A stretch of 64,000 nucleotides of DNA from Zootoca vivipara. Lineage: Eukaryota. Positions within the stretch are counted from its first letter, which is position 1; each line of letters begins with the position of its first letter. The position numbers and the translations under genes are program-made. The stretch covers positions 73,408,001 to 73,472,000 of the forward strand of contig NC_083278.1 in NCBI RefSeq assembly GCF_963506605.1. The letters are read 5' to 3'. This document shows, in pieces, positions 38,166 to 50,125 of this stretch. Below the pieces are notes generated by a model. The model saw nothing but the letters and a program-made list of their open reading frames with translations, did not search any database and had not been told where the DNA came from.

Positions 38166-40530
38166 ATATCCTTTTTTTGATAGTCTGCCTTTGATGCTCC
38201 AGCTAAAGAATTAGCTTTTATCAGCACAGTTCTGAAATTAGCATTGTGTGAATCCTACTTAAGATAACTAGGTTATAATAGAACTTTGTTCTCTGGAAAC
38301 CTGAACTACGAAATAATAGTCTGATGGGTTATTTATTTGGAACCTTGTGGGATACCCACCAAGCTCCTTCCACTTTGGACTAAGGCAGGATGAGTTCCAG
38401 GTCAGGCTATGAGACTAGATAATGGAGCTTGAACATAAACAGGTATCACAGGTTTGTCCACTGAAAGTGCATCTATGAAAGTCTTTTTGAGGAAATGAGA
38501 TTAGCTCGTGCAGAGCAATGAATCCCAGCAAATCTTGCTCCATATCAATATCTTCTGTCGGCTCTAAGTTCCATCCACTGTACCAGAGACATGGGAACCT
38601 GTGGCCTTTGAGGTGGTGTTCGACTACCACTTGCATCACCTCTACTTGTAGCCAGGTAGTACACCCCAGAGCCTAGAGAGGAAATCCATAAGGAGCAAAA
38701 TTTGGAAAGTTCTTTGGAACTGGATTCTTCAGAGCCACAGCTGCAGGGCATGATGTTAGACTTTCAGTCAATCCTTGGACAGAGTGTAGCATCTGCAGGG
38801 AGAGGTCCCTTAATTCACACCAGGGAGGGGCTACAAAGATAGCCAGTTCCCATTCACTGGTCCTCAAGGGTCAGTACCAACAAACAAAAAGCAGGGAGGA
38901 GGGTGCACATGTTAGGTGCCTGCTTTATCAGAATAGGGTCTCGTATTGGCCTTCCTTTGTTGTGGGAAGTTAAAGCCTGGCTAGGTAGGGTGTAGATGCT
39001 TCATACCTCCTGCAGGGTTTGTTCTGTGGGGAGAGGTCAGCTGCTTCCCCACCTGGCTTCTTGGCTCATCTCAAGGACAGCTTCTCTGCTCTTCTCTCAC
39101 TAGCCTCACAAAGGGAGGAAAGCTCTGCACTTGAGGACTTTGAAGCTCCACATGCACCCCTGCTTTTGACACAATTTGGTGCACCTTATGTTGGGTATAA
39201 AGATATACTAGTATTCTTTTCCTATCTGTCCCAAATTTGGGGATAATAGTGGGGCAAGTGCAGGCTGCACCAAGCTTCCCATATTTTCCCCACCCCTGCA
39301 TATTTTTTAAAAGTGTATCTTTCCAAGCATCTGGTTCAGTGCTAAATTGCCAACTGCATATTAGGGAACAGTCCAGTGCAGATGCGCCCTCAGAGAATAG
39401 TGACAGGACCATTTATCCAGCACTCGCTGAAACTGAGAGGAGTCTTGTCATTGGCTTGATCTAAAATTAGGTCAGACTGAACAGATGTTGTTTTGAGACT
39501 TTCCCCTTGCACATACCTTGAAAAGTGCATCTGAGCCCCTTCAGTGCAATTTGTGCCAATGGTTAATAGAAAGAAAAAGCAGAATAGAAACCGAATGTAC
39601 ATTCTTGGTGATGTAAAGTTTAATTTCAATTTAGAGTGATTTAAGTACTGATAGGAGCACCCTCAAACTATTGTTGCATATACTCCAATCTCTTAAGCAG
39701 CAAGAGTCTCCAGGGTGTCTCCCGGGATTTGGCTTTCATGGAATGAAGGTCAATGGAGACTGGTATATTTAGGACATATGGTTCTAAACACACACACACA
39801 CACCATAGAGGGAGGCACTCACAGCATTAACACCGCCAGCACATCTTGCCTCCCCTTCACGTTTCCAGGAAAACCCAAAACTCAGCTTTGGGTCCAGCTC
39901 AGACCGAGACATGGCTCTGTCTCTAACTTCCAGCATCGGCCAAACTCACACATGCCCCCCCCCCCCTGGCCTATTATTCTCCATGATGTGGCATCCATTC
40001 AGGTGAGGGAGGTGGAGGAAATGCCTACACCCCATCCTAGAGAACATCATCATGTAGCACTATGGCAACCTAGCTCACTCTATTAGATACTGTTGGCCAG
40101 CTAAGGCCATCACCTTACAAAAAGACTTGCCTGACCGATTCAACAAGTTTCCTCATGGATTTTAACCTCACATACTTATGATCAAAGGTTTTGAAGGGAC
40201 TCACAGTTCTCATCCAGACAGATCCTTCCTTCAAACCTATGGCATATATTAAAACAATCTGTCCTGTAATGGTTGTAATATCCAGTGCTTTTTTTCAAGA
40301 AAAATAGGTGCTGGTACTCACCATGAGCTGTTAACAGTAAGTGCCACATAAAAAAGAGGTTCTGGTACTGTGTACCCTTGAGTACCCCCTTAAAAACACT
40401 GGAATACCACCACAGAAGACTTCGGGGGGTGGGGTGACATAATTGTTTGTCACATATTCAGCTGAACCTATGGAAGAGCAATGCTGCTGCTGCTGCGACT
40501 AACCTCCATGAGTTCAGTCAGGCAAGTACA

Positions 40531-40740
40531 CAGTGCCAGATTACCAAATAGGCAGAGTAGGCACTGGCCTATGGGCCCCAGGCCTTTTAGGGTCCCTGTG
40601 ACAACAGATCAAAATAATATTGATTTGATCTTGAAATTTTTTTACAAGCAACCTTTTTTAGTTCAATGCAAGGTGGGTGTCACCCGTCCCTCCAAGATTT
40701 CGACTGCCTGGGGGCCTCTACGGGATTTAATTTGGCACTG
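40531..40740. mobile_element. hAT-type MITE
   Basis: CAGTGCCAGATTA ... TAATTTGGCACTG termini; flanks caagtaca/catataca (6 of 8 match). Confidence 0.65.
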
Positions 40741-40790
40741 CATATACAGATATTTTACATTTTTGGGCCTTTTGATGGCCCACTGCTTTT

Positions 40791-40985
40791 AGGAACATGG
40801 AAACCTAGGAAGCTGCCAAAAATGAGTCAGACCATCGGTCCATTTAGCTCAGTATTTTTGACACTGACCAGCAGTGGCTGCCCAGGGTTTCAAGCAGGGA
40901 TCTTTTCCAGCCCTACCTGGAGCTGCCCAGGGTTGAACTTGGGACCTTCTGCATGCAAGGCAGATGCTCTACCACTTTGTGATGG
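40791..40985 (-). mobile_element. tRNA-derived squamate SINE with CR1-like tail; more degenerate copies near 11160-11350 (+) and 19330-19430 (-)
   Basis: The minus strand reads gtggtagagcatctgccttgcatgcagaaggtcccaagttcaaccctgggc, a tRNA-like head with A/B boxes. Confidence 0.75.
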
Positions 40986-41760
40986 TTCCTGATCACATGG
41001 TAAGAACCATATGTGCATACAGTTGTGCACTTATATGTCCATATTCCGTGAATGGAATTGGCACCTGTGATCTCAGTCTTCCCTCCACATGCTTCAACAG
41101 ATGTGTGAAAAATGCTGTATGCACCATACACCCAGCGATCTCAGCTTACAAAAGTAATCTACTAAACCAATTTTAGTGAATTATCATCTACAGCCAAAAC
41201 AGGAGGTGCGTATCTTGGAAACAAACATATTTTCCCCTTAAAATATCCGGTGAGTACTTACCATGGCACATTGCCCTGCAGTTTTAACTGTGTGTATAGT
41301 ACAAATAACCCTAGCAAGATGGGCATTTGGTTGTCTTCCAGATGAAATCCCTTGAATGAGGGAAACATAAATTGTTTAAAAGGCTGCTTATGCCAACTGG
41401 CATCTGGGTTAAGCTTGCTGAATCTGTCATGTCTACATAAATGGAAAGGCACAAAGTTAAAATATCACTTCTGCCTTTTTCTTCCACAATTATTCTGCAT
41501 GATGTCCATAAATACATATGCTGCTTAAACTGGATGCAGACAGAAATATGGGGTTGGATAAACTAAGCAAGAGGAGGAGGAGGAGGAAAAAGTATAATCA
41601 GGAAAGTGAGCAGGAAAAGATGGCCTTTTCTGTTGCTAATTTGGCTTTGTAATCAAAGCCAGTTTGAAAGGTTCGTGACAGACTGCAATATTCAAAAAAA
41701 TAAGGAACCTGCAAACAACCCTACAAAAGGTCTACTTGCTACTTCTCTGTGCCTCTATCC

Positions 41761-41896
41761 CAGGCATCCCCAAACTGCGGCCCTCCAGATGTTTTGGCCT
41801 ACAACTCCCATGATCCCTAGCTAACAGGACCAGTGGTCAGGGATGATGCGAATTGTAGTCCAAAACATCTGGAGGGCCGAAGTTTGGGGATGCCTG
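41761..41896 (+). mobile_element. Young 136-bp hAT MITE, copy 1
   Basis: TIR CAGGCATCCCCAAACT...AGTTTGGGGATGCCTG; perfect 8-bp TSD CTCTATCC. Confidence 0.95.
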
Positions 41897-43883
41897 CTCT
41901 ATCCTTTCTCTCTCTCCAGTATTGTCTTGTTTTACCCAACATGGGATGCAACAACATTGTGCTGTGCATTTACCCACCCCCTGCTTCCAAACGGTTGGTT
42001 GTAAAACCACATGCTACCCTGGAGAAAAAGAAAGACACAGGGAGCAGCAATAACTCTGTCTCTCTTGTAGTGTCTAGTGGATCCTAAAATACCATGGTAA
42101 AAACTCCAGCCAGATCCAACAGAATTAAATCCCAGTTTACACAACTGTTTTGAGCCCATGCTGCAGAGTTTATTTATTACACTGATACATGCTGCTCTTC
42201 TTTTGACAAACTCGGAGCAGCTTATGCTGGGCCCCCAGGCAGTCTTCCGTTCAGGCACCATAATAACAACATCATCATCTTCCCTCAGTCTATTCCTTGG
42301 GCAAATGGATTGGATTTGCTAGGAGCAGCAAGAACCCCATTCAAACAGATGCAGCAAAAGACAGGAGGCGACTTGTGTAGGGCAGTCAGGATGGCTGATG
42401 ACAAAGCTTCCTCACACTTATTTGTATTATGCAAAGGCTTCCAAATGGTTTGGGTGTTTATTTATTAGATTTCTTACCTGCCCTTCACCATATGTTCCCA
42501 GGACAGGTCATAATAACAATAGAATATGTTGTTATAAAAACAAGTAAAGTAATGTCAATTGTAAAAGAAGTTAAAATGCTCCAAATGGAACAGAAGGGTA
42601 TTTTCATGTTATGTCCTTTCCTATCACAAGAGGAGGGGACTTAGAATTCATTGGATCCACTTCCATGAGCAGGAGTTTCCTGTTTCAGAAAGCAACCTGG
42701 CCTTGGAAACTGATCTACAGAGTTCTGAGAGTGCCATCTGCCAGTATTAAACTGTTCACTCACTGGCAGATCACTTGCACAAGCAGTTAAATGTGTAAAA
42801 TGAACGGCAAAAATCATGTCTGAAATGGCTCTTAGCAATAGTTCTAGTGTCACCTAAACTAATTCCCAGATATTTTAATTTCTAAATTGCCCATTAAAGT
42901 AGACAAACCTTTAACCAATGGCTAAATGGGTGCCCAGGTGCCTGATCTTCCAAAAACCTGCAAGGATAGATACAAGTACTTTGGGTTGAAAATTGCAGCT
43001 GGTATGCTTCTAATGAAAAGAGAGAAAGAGAGAGAATGCTGCTTCTGGGAGATCTAAGTTCCTGGTGTTGTCAAGAAGGCGGTTCTGCCAATATTTAAAC
43101 ACACATTGCGGCTTTGATTAACAATTAAACTTCTATTAGAAGAAATAAATCCCAGATGCCATTGTTTTTCATTATACATTTTTATGGCACAGGATACTGG
43201 AACCAACCAGCCTGCTAGTAGGGCATAAATAGCACACACAACACAAATGAAGTCAGAAACCAGCACTAATGCTTAGCCCTGAATATTTACACAGACCCAC
43301 AAGGGATTTTTATTTAATATTGTAACTCCTCAAAGCAAATATTAAGCAGGAGGTTTTGCATTTGACGGATGAATGGGAGCACAAGCAGGCAAATTAAAGC
43401 TCGCTCCTATATCCACTTCCCTGGGAGTAAGCCCTATTGAACTCTAAGGGACCTGCATCTAAGTAGACAGGTATGATTGGTCTGTAAAAGTAAAACCTGT
43501 GTGTATCTCTGCCTCTGATGGATTTCTTGTTCAAGAAATACCATAGTGAAGCAAACCCACAAAAGAGCCAATGGCTGTTAATCAGTGGCAAGCAAATGAA
43601 AACAATCTGAATTGTTAATTGGAAGAACCAAAGGCAAGAGGTGACGCATTGCTGGTGTCTGAGGACTTGATGAGAGGTGTTACTTGACTAACAGGAAAGA
43701 CTTAGCATTCCCAGTAAAATTAAATGGATTTTTATATTGCAATTTCACAGTCATTTGGGGTCTTAATTAGCAGTTATGGCTTGACAGACAATTTGAGGGC
43801 ATGTAATAGTTTGAGATATAATGCTTTTTCTGCTGCAAGAAAGTGGGTTGGCTATTTGAATTCCGCCTGCATAAAATCTACTT

Positions 43884-44128
43884 TTTCACACCCTGCAAAA
43901 ATAAGTTTGTGTTAATGGTTTTAATAGTCAGTTTGAAATGCCAGTGGAGGAACACCTCAGAGATACCAAAACAGGCATTGCAGAGCATTGCATAAACAAA
44001 CCAGACAGACCCATGGTACAAACCTCCCTTACTCTCCCAGGGGTTTCTTCCACACCAACTGGCCTCAGAGTCAGGAGGTACTAACTGATGACCCCTGACT
44101 CTGGTGCCAGTCTTTGCAGGGTGTGAAA
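43884..44128. repeat. Perfect 16-bp inverted repeat pair, probably an old MITE
   Basis: TTTCACACCCTGCAAA at 43884-43899 and TTTGCAGGGTGTGAAA at 44113-44128. Confidence 0.55.
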
Positions 44129-44866
44129 GGGAGTATTTAATGTAAAATACATTACTTCTGGTAAATGAACCTCTATAGAGGACTGTGAAAATTTGTGATC
44201 CGGGCTTTTTAGACTTGTCTACCCATGTACTAGCTGAAACCAAAGCAGCACGTTGGTCGTCAGATGTGAAATGTGAAATACATTGGCATTGTTTTCGGCT
44301 CTCCCACCCCACTATAACTAAACTTAAGGAGGTAACGCTGTGTTCACAGCTGCTGCCGCCAAGTGCATGGTGTGTTGCAGCCGAGGAGGGTGTGGGGCAG
44401 CGCTGATGTCCACTCGCCTGCTCTCCTCCCCTGAGTCAGGCCTGACCCGGGGGGCAGAGCTATGCCAGGCACAACCACTGCAGCCTAGGTGCAACTCCTG
44501 ACACAGAGCCAGGCTCCAATGAAGGAACTTGCTGTGGGGGCGCCTGTTTGCACCCCATCTCAAAATTGCATCCGGGGCCATGGCACCCACAGCACCCCCA
44601 CCCCCACACACTATGCCTCTGGCAATGCCTGTTTTGGTATGAGGTGTAAAGAAGGAAGGGTGGGCCAGGTGGTAAAGAGCACTGGCAACTTTTAACAGTG
44701 GTCCACCCTTATATGAGGGATCTGTTTACTTATCCTTGACATGGTTTTAGCACAAAAGGAATTTGTCCAGCATCTTATCTGTGTTTTGCCTTTAGACTGA
44801 AAAAGATGGTCTAAAAATGTGGGCAGAAATTGATCTTATCCTTTTACATTAACATTAGTTCCCCAT

Positions 44867-44871
<5 letters not shown>

Positions 44872-44935
<64 letters not shown>
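44872..44935. repeat. (AG)n microsatellite
   Basis: Pure dinucleotide run. Confidence 0.97.
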
Positions 44936-44938
<3 letters not shown>

Positions 44939-46276
44939 AACATCACAGTGAATGTATGTAAATTACAGAAAAAGATGAAATCTTGAGGAAGCTTTAAAAG
45001 AATCAGAAGCTGCCAAAAGGATTTTCAAATTGGTATGTGTGACAGTCTGGCATTGAAGGTATTTGCATAACTTTCCCATGATCCCCTTTAGTTACTCTCT
45101 CACCCCCAAAGAAAAATGATTTTTTATTTATCCACTTCATAACCTAAGGATGTATTTTCATCTTGACATTGTTCTTGGGTATGGCAGCATTTCCTAATAG
45201 ATCATGAGCCCCTGAAAACATAAAAAGCGAGGAAGCACATCAGTGTCAGCTTGTACTTTGCCCTCTCCTTGTGTAGGGAGTTTTTAAACATTTGGCTCTG
45301 AACCAAGACACTTTAATGTTCTGTGAAGTGTGGTTTCATAATATATTATCATTATCTTCCATGTTTGAAATGTAAAATAGCTCTTACTTGATTGTTCCCT
45401 TGCTGAACTAATTAGGTTAGTTTTTAGGTCCTGTTTCCATTGTGTTCCAGAATGAAAGGCTGTGGCATTAATAGGAGTCATTTTGTGCATTTTCTGTAAG
45501 ACTGACCCAGCTGCAGAGTTGGGGCTGTAGAGGAAGTAATTCCAGGCCTGGCTTTATGGGTAAGGCTGCAAGGCTCAGCTCCCTTAAGCTCTGCTGAGAG
45601 TAGTTTACTTTCAAGTAAAGTCATCTAGGACCAGAGCGGAAACTTGTGTTCTGCTTTTTATTCCTTGGACATGTGGTGGCTTTTCACTTTATGGGGGACG
45701 CTGTGTATGAGAGAGGAAGCGAGAGGATGCATTTCAGACTCTGATAGATGCGAGGGCAGTATGAATGTGAACTCGGGGAGGGAATCTGTTCTCCTGTTAG
45801 TGAGAATTGCCATCGATGACCTGAAGGTTTGGCACAGAGACAAAAAAAAAGAAAAGGAAAAAAAAGGGGGGAGTGCTTTCTATGTTCATTTATATTCCTC
45901 TCAAGCTGAGATCTAAGATTATTCCCTCTGAATAGTGACTGTGGTATTCTCTTTGTGTAACACATGGGGATTTACAACAGCCACTCACACTTACATATGT
46001 GCGTGCGCACACAAATTGCTGCTCACTTCATACCCCTCAAGCAAAAAATGCTGTTTGATGCCCACAGGCCCAAAAAGACAGGATGAGGAGGGGGGCATAA
46101 ACAAGTGTGAAATATGTATTAATATTTAATCCAAGCAATTTGGATGAACTTGATGCTGCAATTAGCTAGCAATGCCCATCTGTTGTGCACAGCACAACAA
46201 CTACTTATTAAATAACTTGGAGAGAGGAAAGGAGCTGCCAATTACCTTTCAATTTATTCCTTAATAAAGCATATAC

Positions 46277-46425
46277 AGCCTCTACAGAGAGAGATCCAGA
46301 TGGTGAAGGAAACTCTCCAGGCCATGTTGCTACAGCTCCAGCCAGCTAAGAAGGCTGAGGAAGATGCTGCTGTCGACTTCCTTGGTGGCAGCTGGTGTCC
46401 GGGAAAGGAAGGCTTAGAGGAATAA
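46277..46425 (+). CDS. DISC1: DISC1 terminal coding exon (equivalent to human exon 13), (Q)PLQREIQMVKETLQAMLLQLQPAKKAEEDAAVDFLGGSWCPGKEGLEE*
   Basis: Close match to human QSLRRELQMVKETLQAMILQLQPAK (from memory). In frame with the previous exon only if the intron ends at AC (46275-46276). Stop TAA at 46423-46425, followed by TGA. Confidence 0.95.
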
Positions 46426-47942
46426 TGAGCAGGAAGACTCAGCGGGGTGGGTGGGGAGGGGGGGAGAGTTTCATTCAAAAGAGTTGCTTTAAAGAGCTGA
46501 CTACTGTCTTAGGAGGCCTCAAGGATTCTTCCCACCTCTGCATAACTAACAACAACTAAATCAATTATTGGATATTGGGGGGGGGGGGGAGAGACCCTGA
46601 AAGACTTGCCTAACAAGTATTGTAACTTGCATCTTCACTGGGTCAGATCTGGAAATGGTTTTTGAAGCCCTGTGTCCCATGTACTCTTTGATGTGACGGT
46701 TCCAAACTGTTATGTCTGAATGGATGCACCAATGGTGAGACTTAGGCAACAAAGCTGTAGCAATCTGCTTGTGCACTCCTTTCTAGTTTTGCCCACACTT
46801 GACAATGTAATGTGGAGATCTGTGCATTCAGAAGTCACAAGTGCCTGTTCTAAAGAGCAGTGGCTATTGCAAGTGGCTAGCCTTAATTGCATTGCTGTTC
46901 AGTGATGGCCTTTTTGTTCAGAGGTGGGGAAGCTATTGCTAGCCATAGTTGGACTCTGATTCCCATCAGCTCTTGGCAGCATGGCCAGTGATCCCGGATG
47001 GCGTGAGTGAGGTCTGACAACATCTGGAGGACTGCATATTCCTGCCCCGCCCCCATTTTAGGGACAGGGTTGCATTGGGGGTGTGATGTGCACTCCAGTA
47101 TGTGAAAGCAGGAATACCAAACTCAGCAAACGAAGAAAGCCAGATACCCTAAATGTCAGGACTCCTCAAAACAATGTGCACGAAGAGGGATGGCTTTTGC
47201 CACACATGCATCCAATTTGGTGTCTGGGACACCTGCACAACCACTCAACCAGGGGCCACTTACTACCATAGTAGTTTAAAGGAGAGCAATGGGTATTGTT
47301 ACATTTTCCAAGCAATACAACACTACTGCTGCTGGGATGCAGTGCAAATGTGATTGCACATGAATAGATTTGTTATGTAGCAGGACATTAATGTTTCTAC
47401 CACACGAGAGCCACATCCACACCATGCATTTCGAGTACTATTCTACCACATTGTTATCCTTCCAGGGAGCTCCTGGAATTGTAGCTCTGTGAGGAGAACA
47501 GGGGTCTCCTCTCACCACCCTTAGCAAACTACAGTTCCCAGGAATCTTTTGACTCTCAAAAGTGGCATAATAATGCTTTAAATGTATGACGTGGCCTTGC
47601 AGCATGATCTAGAACAGCCCTGAAGAATTGGTGTACTTTGTTCCATGCAATTTGTAAAATATTCCTGCTCTCCCAAATTACATTGGGGGGGGGGGCACTA
47701 AGTTGGAATTTAAACTAGTAGCAAAATTTTGCTAAATGAAATGAGGGCTGCATATACCCATTGGCATTCCATATAATAGTGATAATTGAAATCAAAGGAT
47801 GTCATAATAGCTTTTCCAACTATATTCATTTAGTGTTGAAAAGTGAGAAGAAATCCTTGTTAATTCTAAAGCGGAAAATTATTTAAAGCAATAACCAATG
47901 GTTTCTTGATTTTTTTTAAAAAAGCAAACTGATGGTGCTTAG

Positions 47943-47980
47943 TGTAATTAAAATCTAGATAGATGCTTCACTGTTTTTAT
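47943..47980 (+). promoter_or_regulatory. Candidate DISC1 polyadenylation signal
   Basis: First A(A/T)TAAA hexamer I found after the stop: ATTAAA at 47947-47952. It is preceded by TGTA and followed about 20 nt later by CA and the U-rich tract ctgtttttat. Confidence 0.35.
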
Positions 47981-48685
47981 ATAAAGACTTTTTAAAAATT
48001 CTTCTGAAGGTTTCTGCAAATTGTATGTTGAGCTGGGTGTATTTCTAAGCATATATATCAACTCAGAATGTACTTACCAGCAAACTCTGGTTTATTTCAA
48101 GATAAAAGGAAAGTGGGATCAAAGTGGGTTTAAAAACAGAACCATAGGAACAATGAGCAGGAAGTGTTCAATATGCTGTCTAGCTCTTTAAAGACAGATT
48201 CCCTTTCTTGAAGGGTAAGGAAGTATTTGCAATGGGCTGGCAAGCCTTGGTCATCTCCTGCATCATTGCCAATCACTCTACTGGGTGGCACCTGCAAAGA
48301 CAGTTCTGAAATTTCAGTGTCAGCATGTAGATAAGATTTCAGTATGTGGCAGCATGGCTTCTCTGGTTCCAGCCTCAGGGAACCATATGACACCAACATC
48401 ACAAAACTCAGGGAGCAATTTCTCTCCTATGTGACTTCCAGAGAGCTGAAATCTACAAATGGCAATTTACTTTGGGTATCAATGCTACTGCAACAATATT
48501 GACTTGCAGCATGTTCCTTTGGTGTGTGTGAATGATTTCATTAGGTCAACTCATTTGCCTGGGCAAGTAGGGTGGACAGCTTCTCCCATAATGGAAGAAC
48601 ATTGTTTGTCTTCATCTATGTCATAATGTAGTCTCATTTGCTTGGCTGCACTATGTGATCTCTGATTTGCTGTGGTCATATGTTC

Positions 48686-48690
<5 letters not shown>

Positions 48691-48747
<57 letters not shown>
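48691..48747. repeat. (GA)n microsatellite
   Basis: Pure dinucleotide run. Confidence 0.97.
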
Positions 48748-48749
<2 letters not shown>

Positions 48750-49231
48750 TGCAACAGTTCAGGTAAGCAATGGGTGCACGTAGGTGTGAAAAAAGTGCAA
48801 AAGGATGAAAGGTGGTGTGGTGTGTTTTTTTAAGGATCTATCCACACAACCATCCCACTCAAGGCAACTTGAAGATCACCAAAAATCATCACAATGCTAG
48901 ATTCTAAATTGTTTCTTAAATGAACATCTTACAGATATTTGGTTATCATGCTTATATGCATTGTTGTATTGTGCCCTAGAGGACAGAAAATTGGGCTTTA
49001 TATTTTAAAATATTTATATTTTTAACGTATACCTCTGCTGTAAGGCAGTATAGTTCACTCACAAGCCCCTCTTAGATCAACCTATACAATCCAGGCACAG
49101 CTCTGGAACATCAGACTGAAGTGCTTGTGGGGTGGAGCTCTGTAATTTAAGGAGGGGGGGGCAAACTGCATGGTGTGTGGAAACGCAAGGTTTACGATGC
49201 TAAATTTAAACTCTGGCAGCAATCCACCAGA

Positions 49232-50125
49232 TTCAAAGAAGCTTGCGCAGGAATCCCATGCAAGCCCAATTGCGTGTCAAGGCCCCCAAGCCACCCAGGA
49301 GAATAAAGACACAAGGACACAGGATTTGGGTTAATGTTAATGGGCAAAACTTAGGCCATAATAATAATTATATTTATTATTTATACCCCGCCCATCTGGC
49401 TGGGTTTCCCCAGCCACTCTGGGCGGCTTCCAACAGAAAAATGAAATAAAATAATCTATTAAACATTAAAAGCCTCCCTAAACAGAATGTGAGCGGTATT
49501 GGCTTAGGCATTGGCATCAACAGACTATATCTGACTCCTGCCCACCTTGCAGGAAGTCTGGTAAGGGAAACCCACCAGTAGGGGGAGCCCTGCTGATGCG
49601 GATCGACTCAAGCACCCCTGGGTTCCCAATGGGGTTGTGGCATGGCCCTAGCCCCTCCCTGGGCTTCGGACGAGATCCACACCTCCTTTAACGGAATACC
49701 CTTGATCATGGAGGGGTAGGTGACGGCTGCACCTCCCCTCCCCCACACATTGCTATTCCAGTGCCTAAACGCCAAACCTTACAAAGTTGTAACGATTGCT
49801 ATGAGGTAGGCGAAAACCAAGTGGCTGGTGCCAATTTGCTAAATGGAAAAAGTCCTACCAGGCCCTTCAACGGCGACCAACCAAAGTCCATAGCAAGGCC
49901 AATGACACAACCTGAAAAAAGGGTGGGAGGGTGGGAGATCCGGGGTGCGAGGCTGAAAGGGAAGCCTCTGAGTTGCACCACGGCTTAAATTGGCCCTGGC
50001 CATGCCCCAAAGCAACCTGATTTGCCGCTTGACAACCAGGGTCTCCCCCACTGTCCTGCCCCAACGCTGAGGCGGGAGGCTAGTTGGCCCAACCGCAACC
50101 CAGCCTCACCCGGAAGTGGAGCATT
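49232..50125 (-). mobile_element. Probable terminal repeat of a DIRS/Ngaro-like retroelement, interrupted by an L2 3' fragment
   Basis: A GC/CpG-richer block distinct from its flanks, resembling lacertid DIRS-like repeats (from memory), split by the L2 tail at about 49358-49484. Boundaries are approximate. Confidence 0.4.
49358..49484 (-). mobile_element. L2 LINE extreme 3' fragment
   Basis: tttataccccgcccatctggctgggtttccccagccactctgggcggcttccaaca is nearly identical to the L2 end at 52020-52080. Confidence 0.85.

Larger units (their letters stand above)
38166..46276 (+). other. DISC1: U12-type (minor spliceosome) AT-AC intron, last intron of DISC1, 8111 nt
   Basis: 5' end ATATCCTTT; branch site TTCCTTAAT at 46257-46265; terminal AC 10 nt later with no polypyrimidine tract. 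Joining restores the conserved frame DEDLVQPLQREIQM. Confidence 0.93.

Noticed and set aside
38018-38227. Minus-strand 69-aa ORF
   Set aside because: Antisense shadow of the 118-nt DISC1 exon.
46254-46478. Minus-strand 74-aa ORF
   Set aside because: Antisense shadow of the DISC1 last exon.
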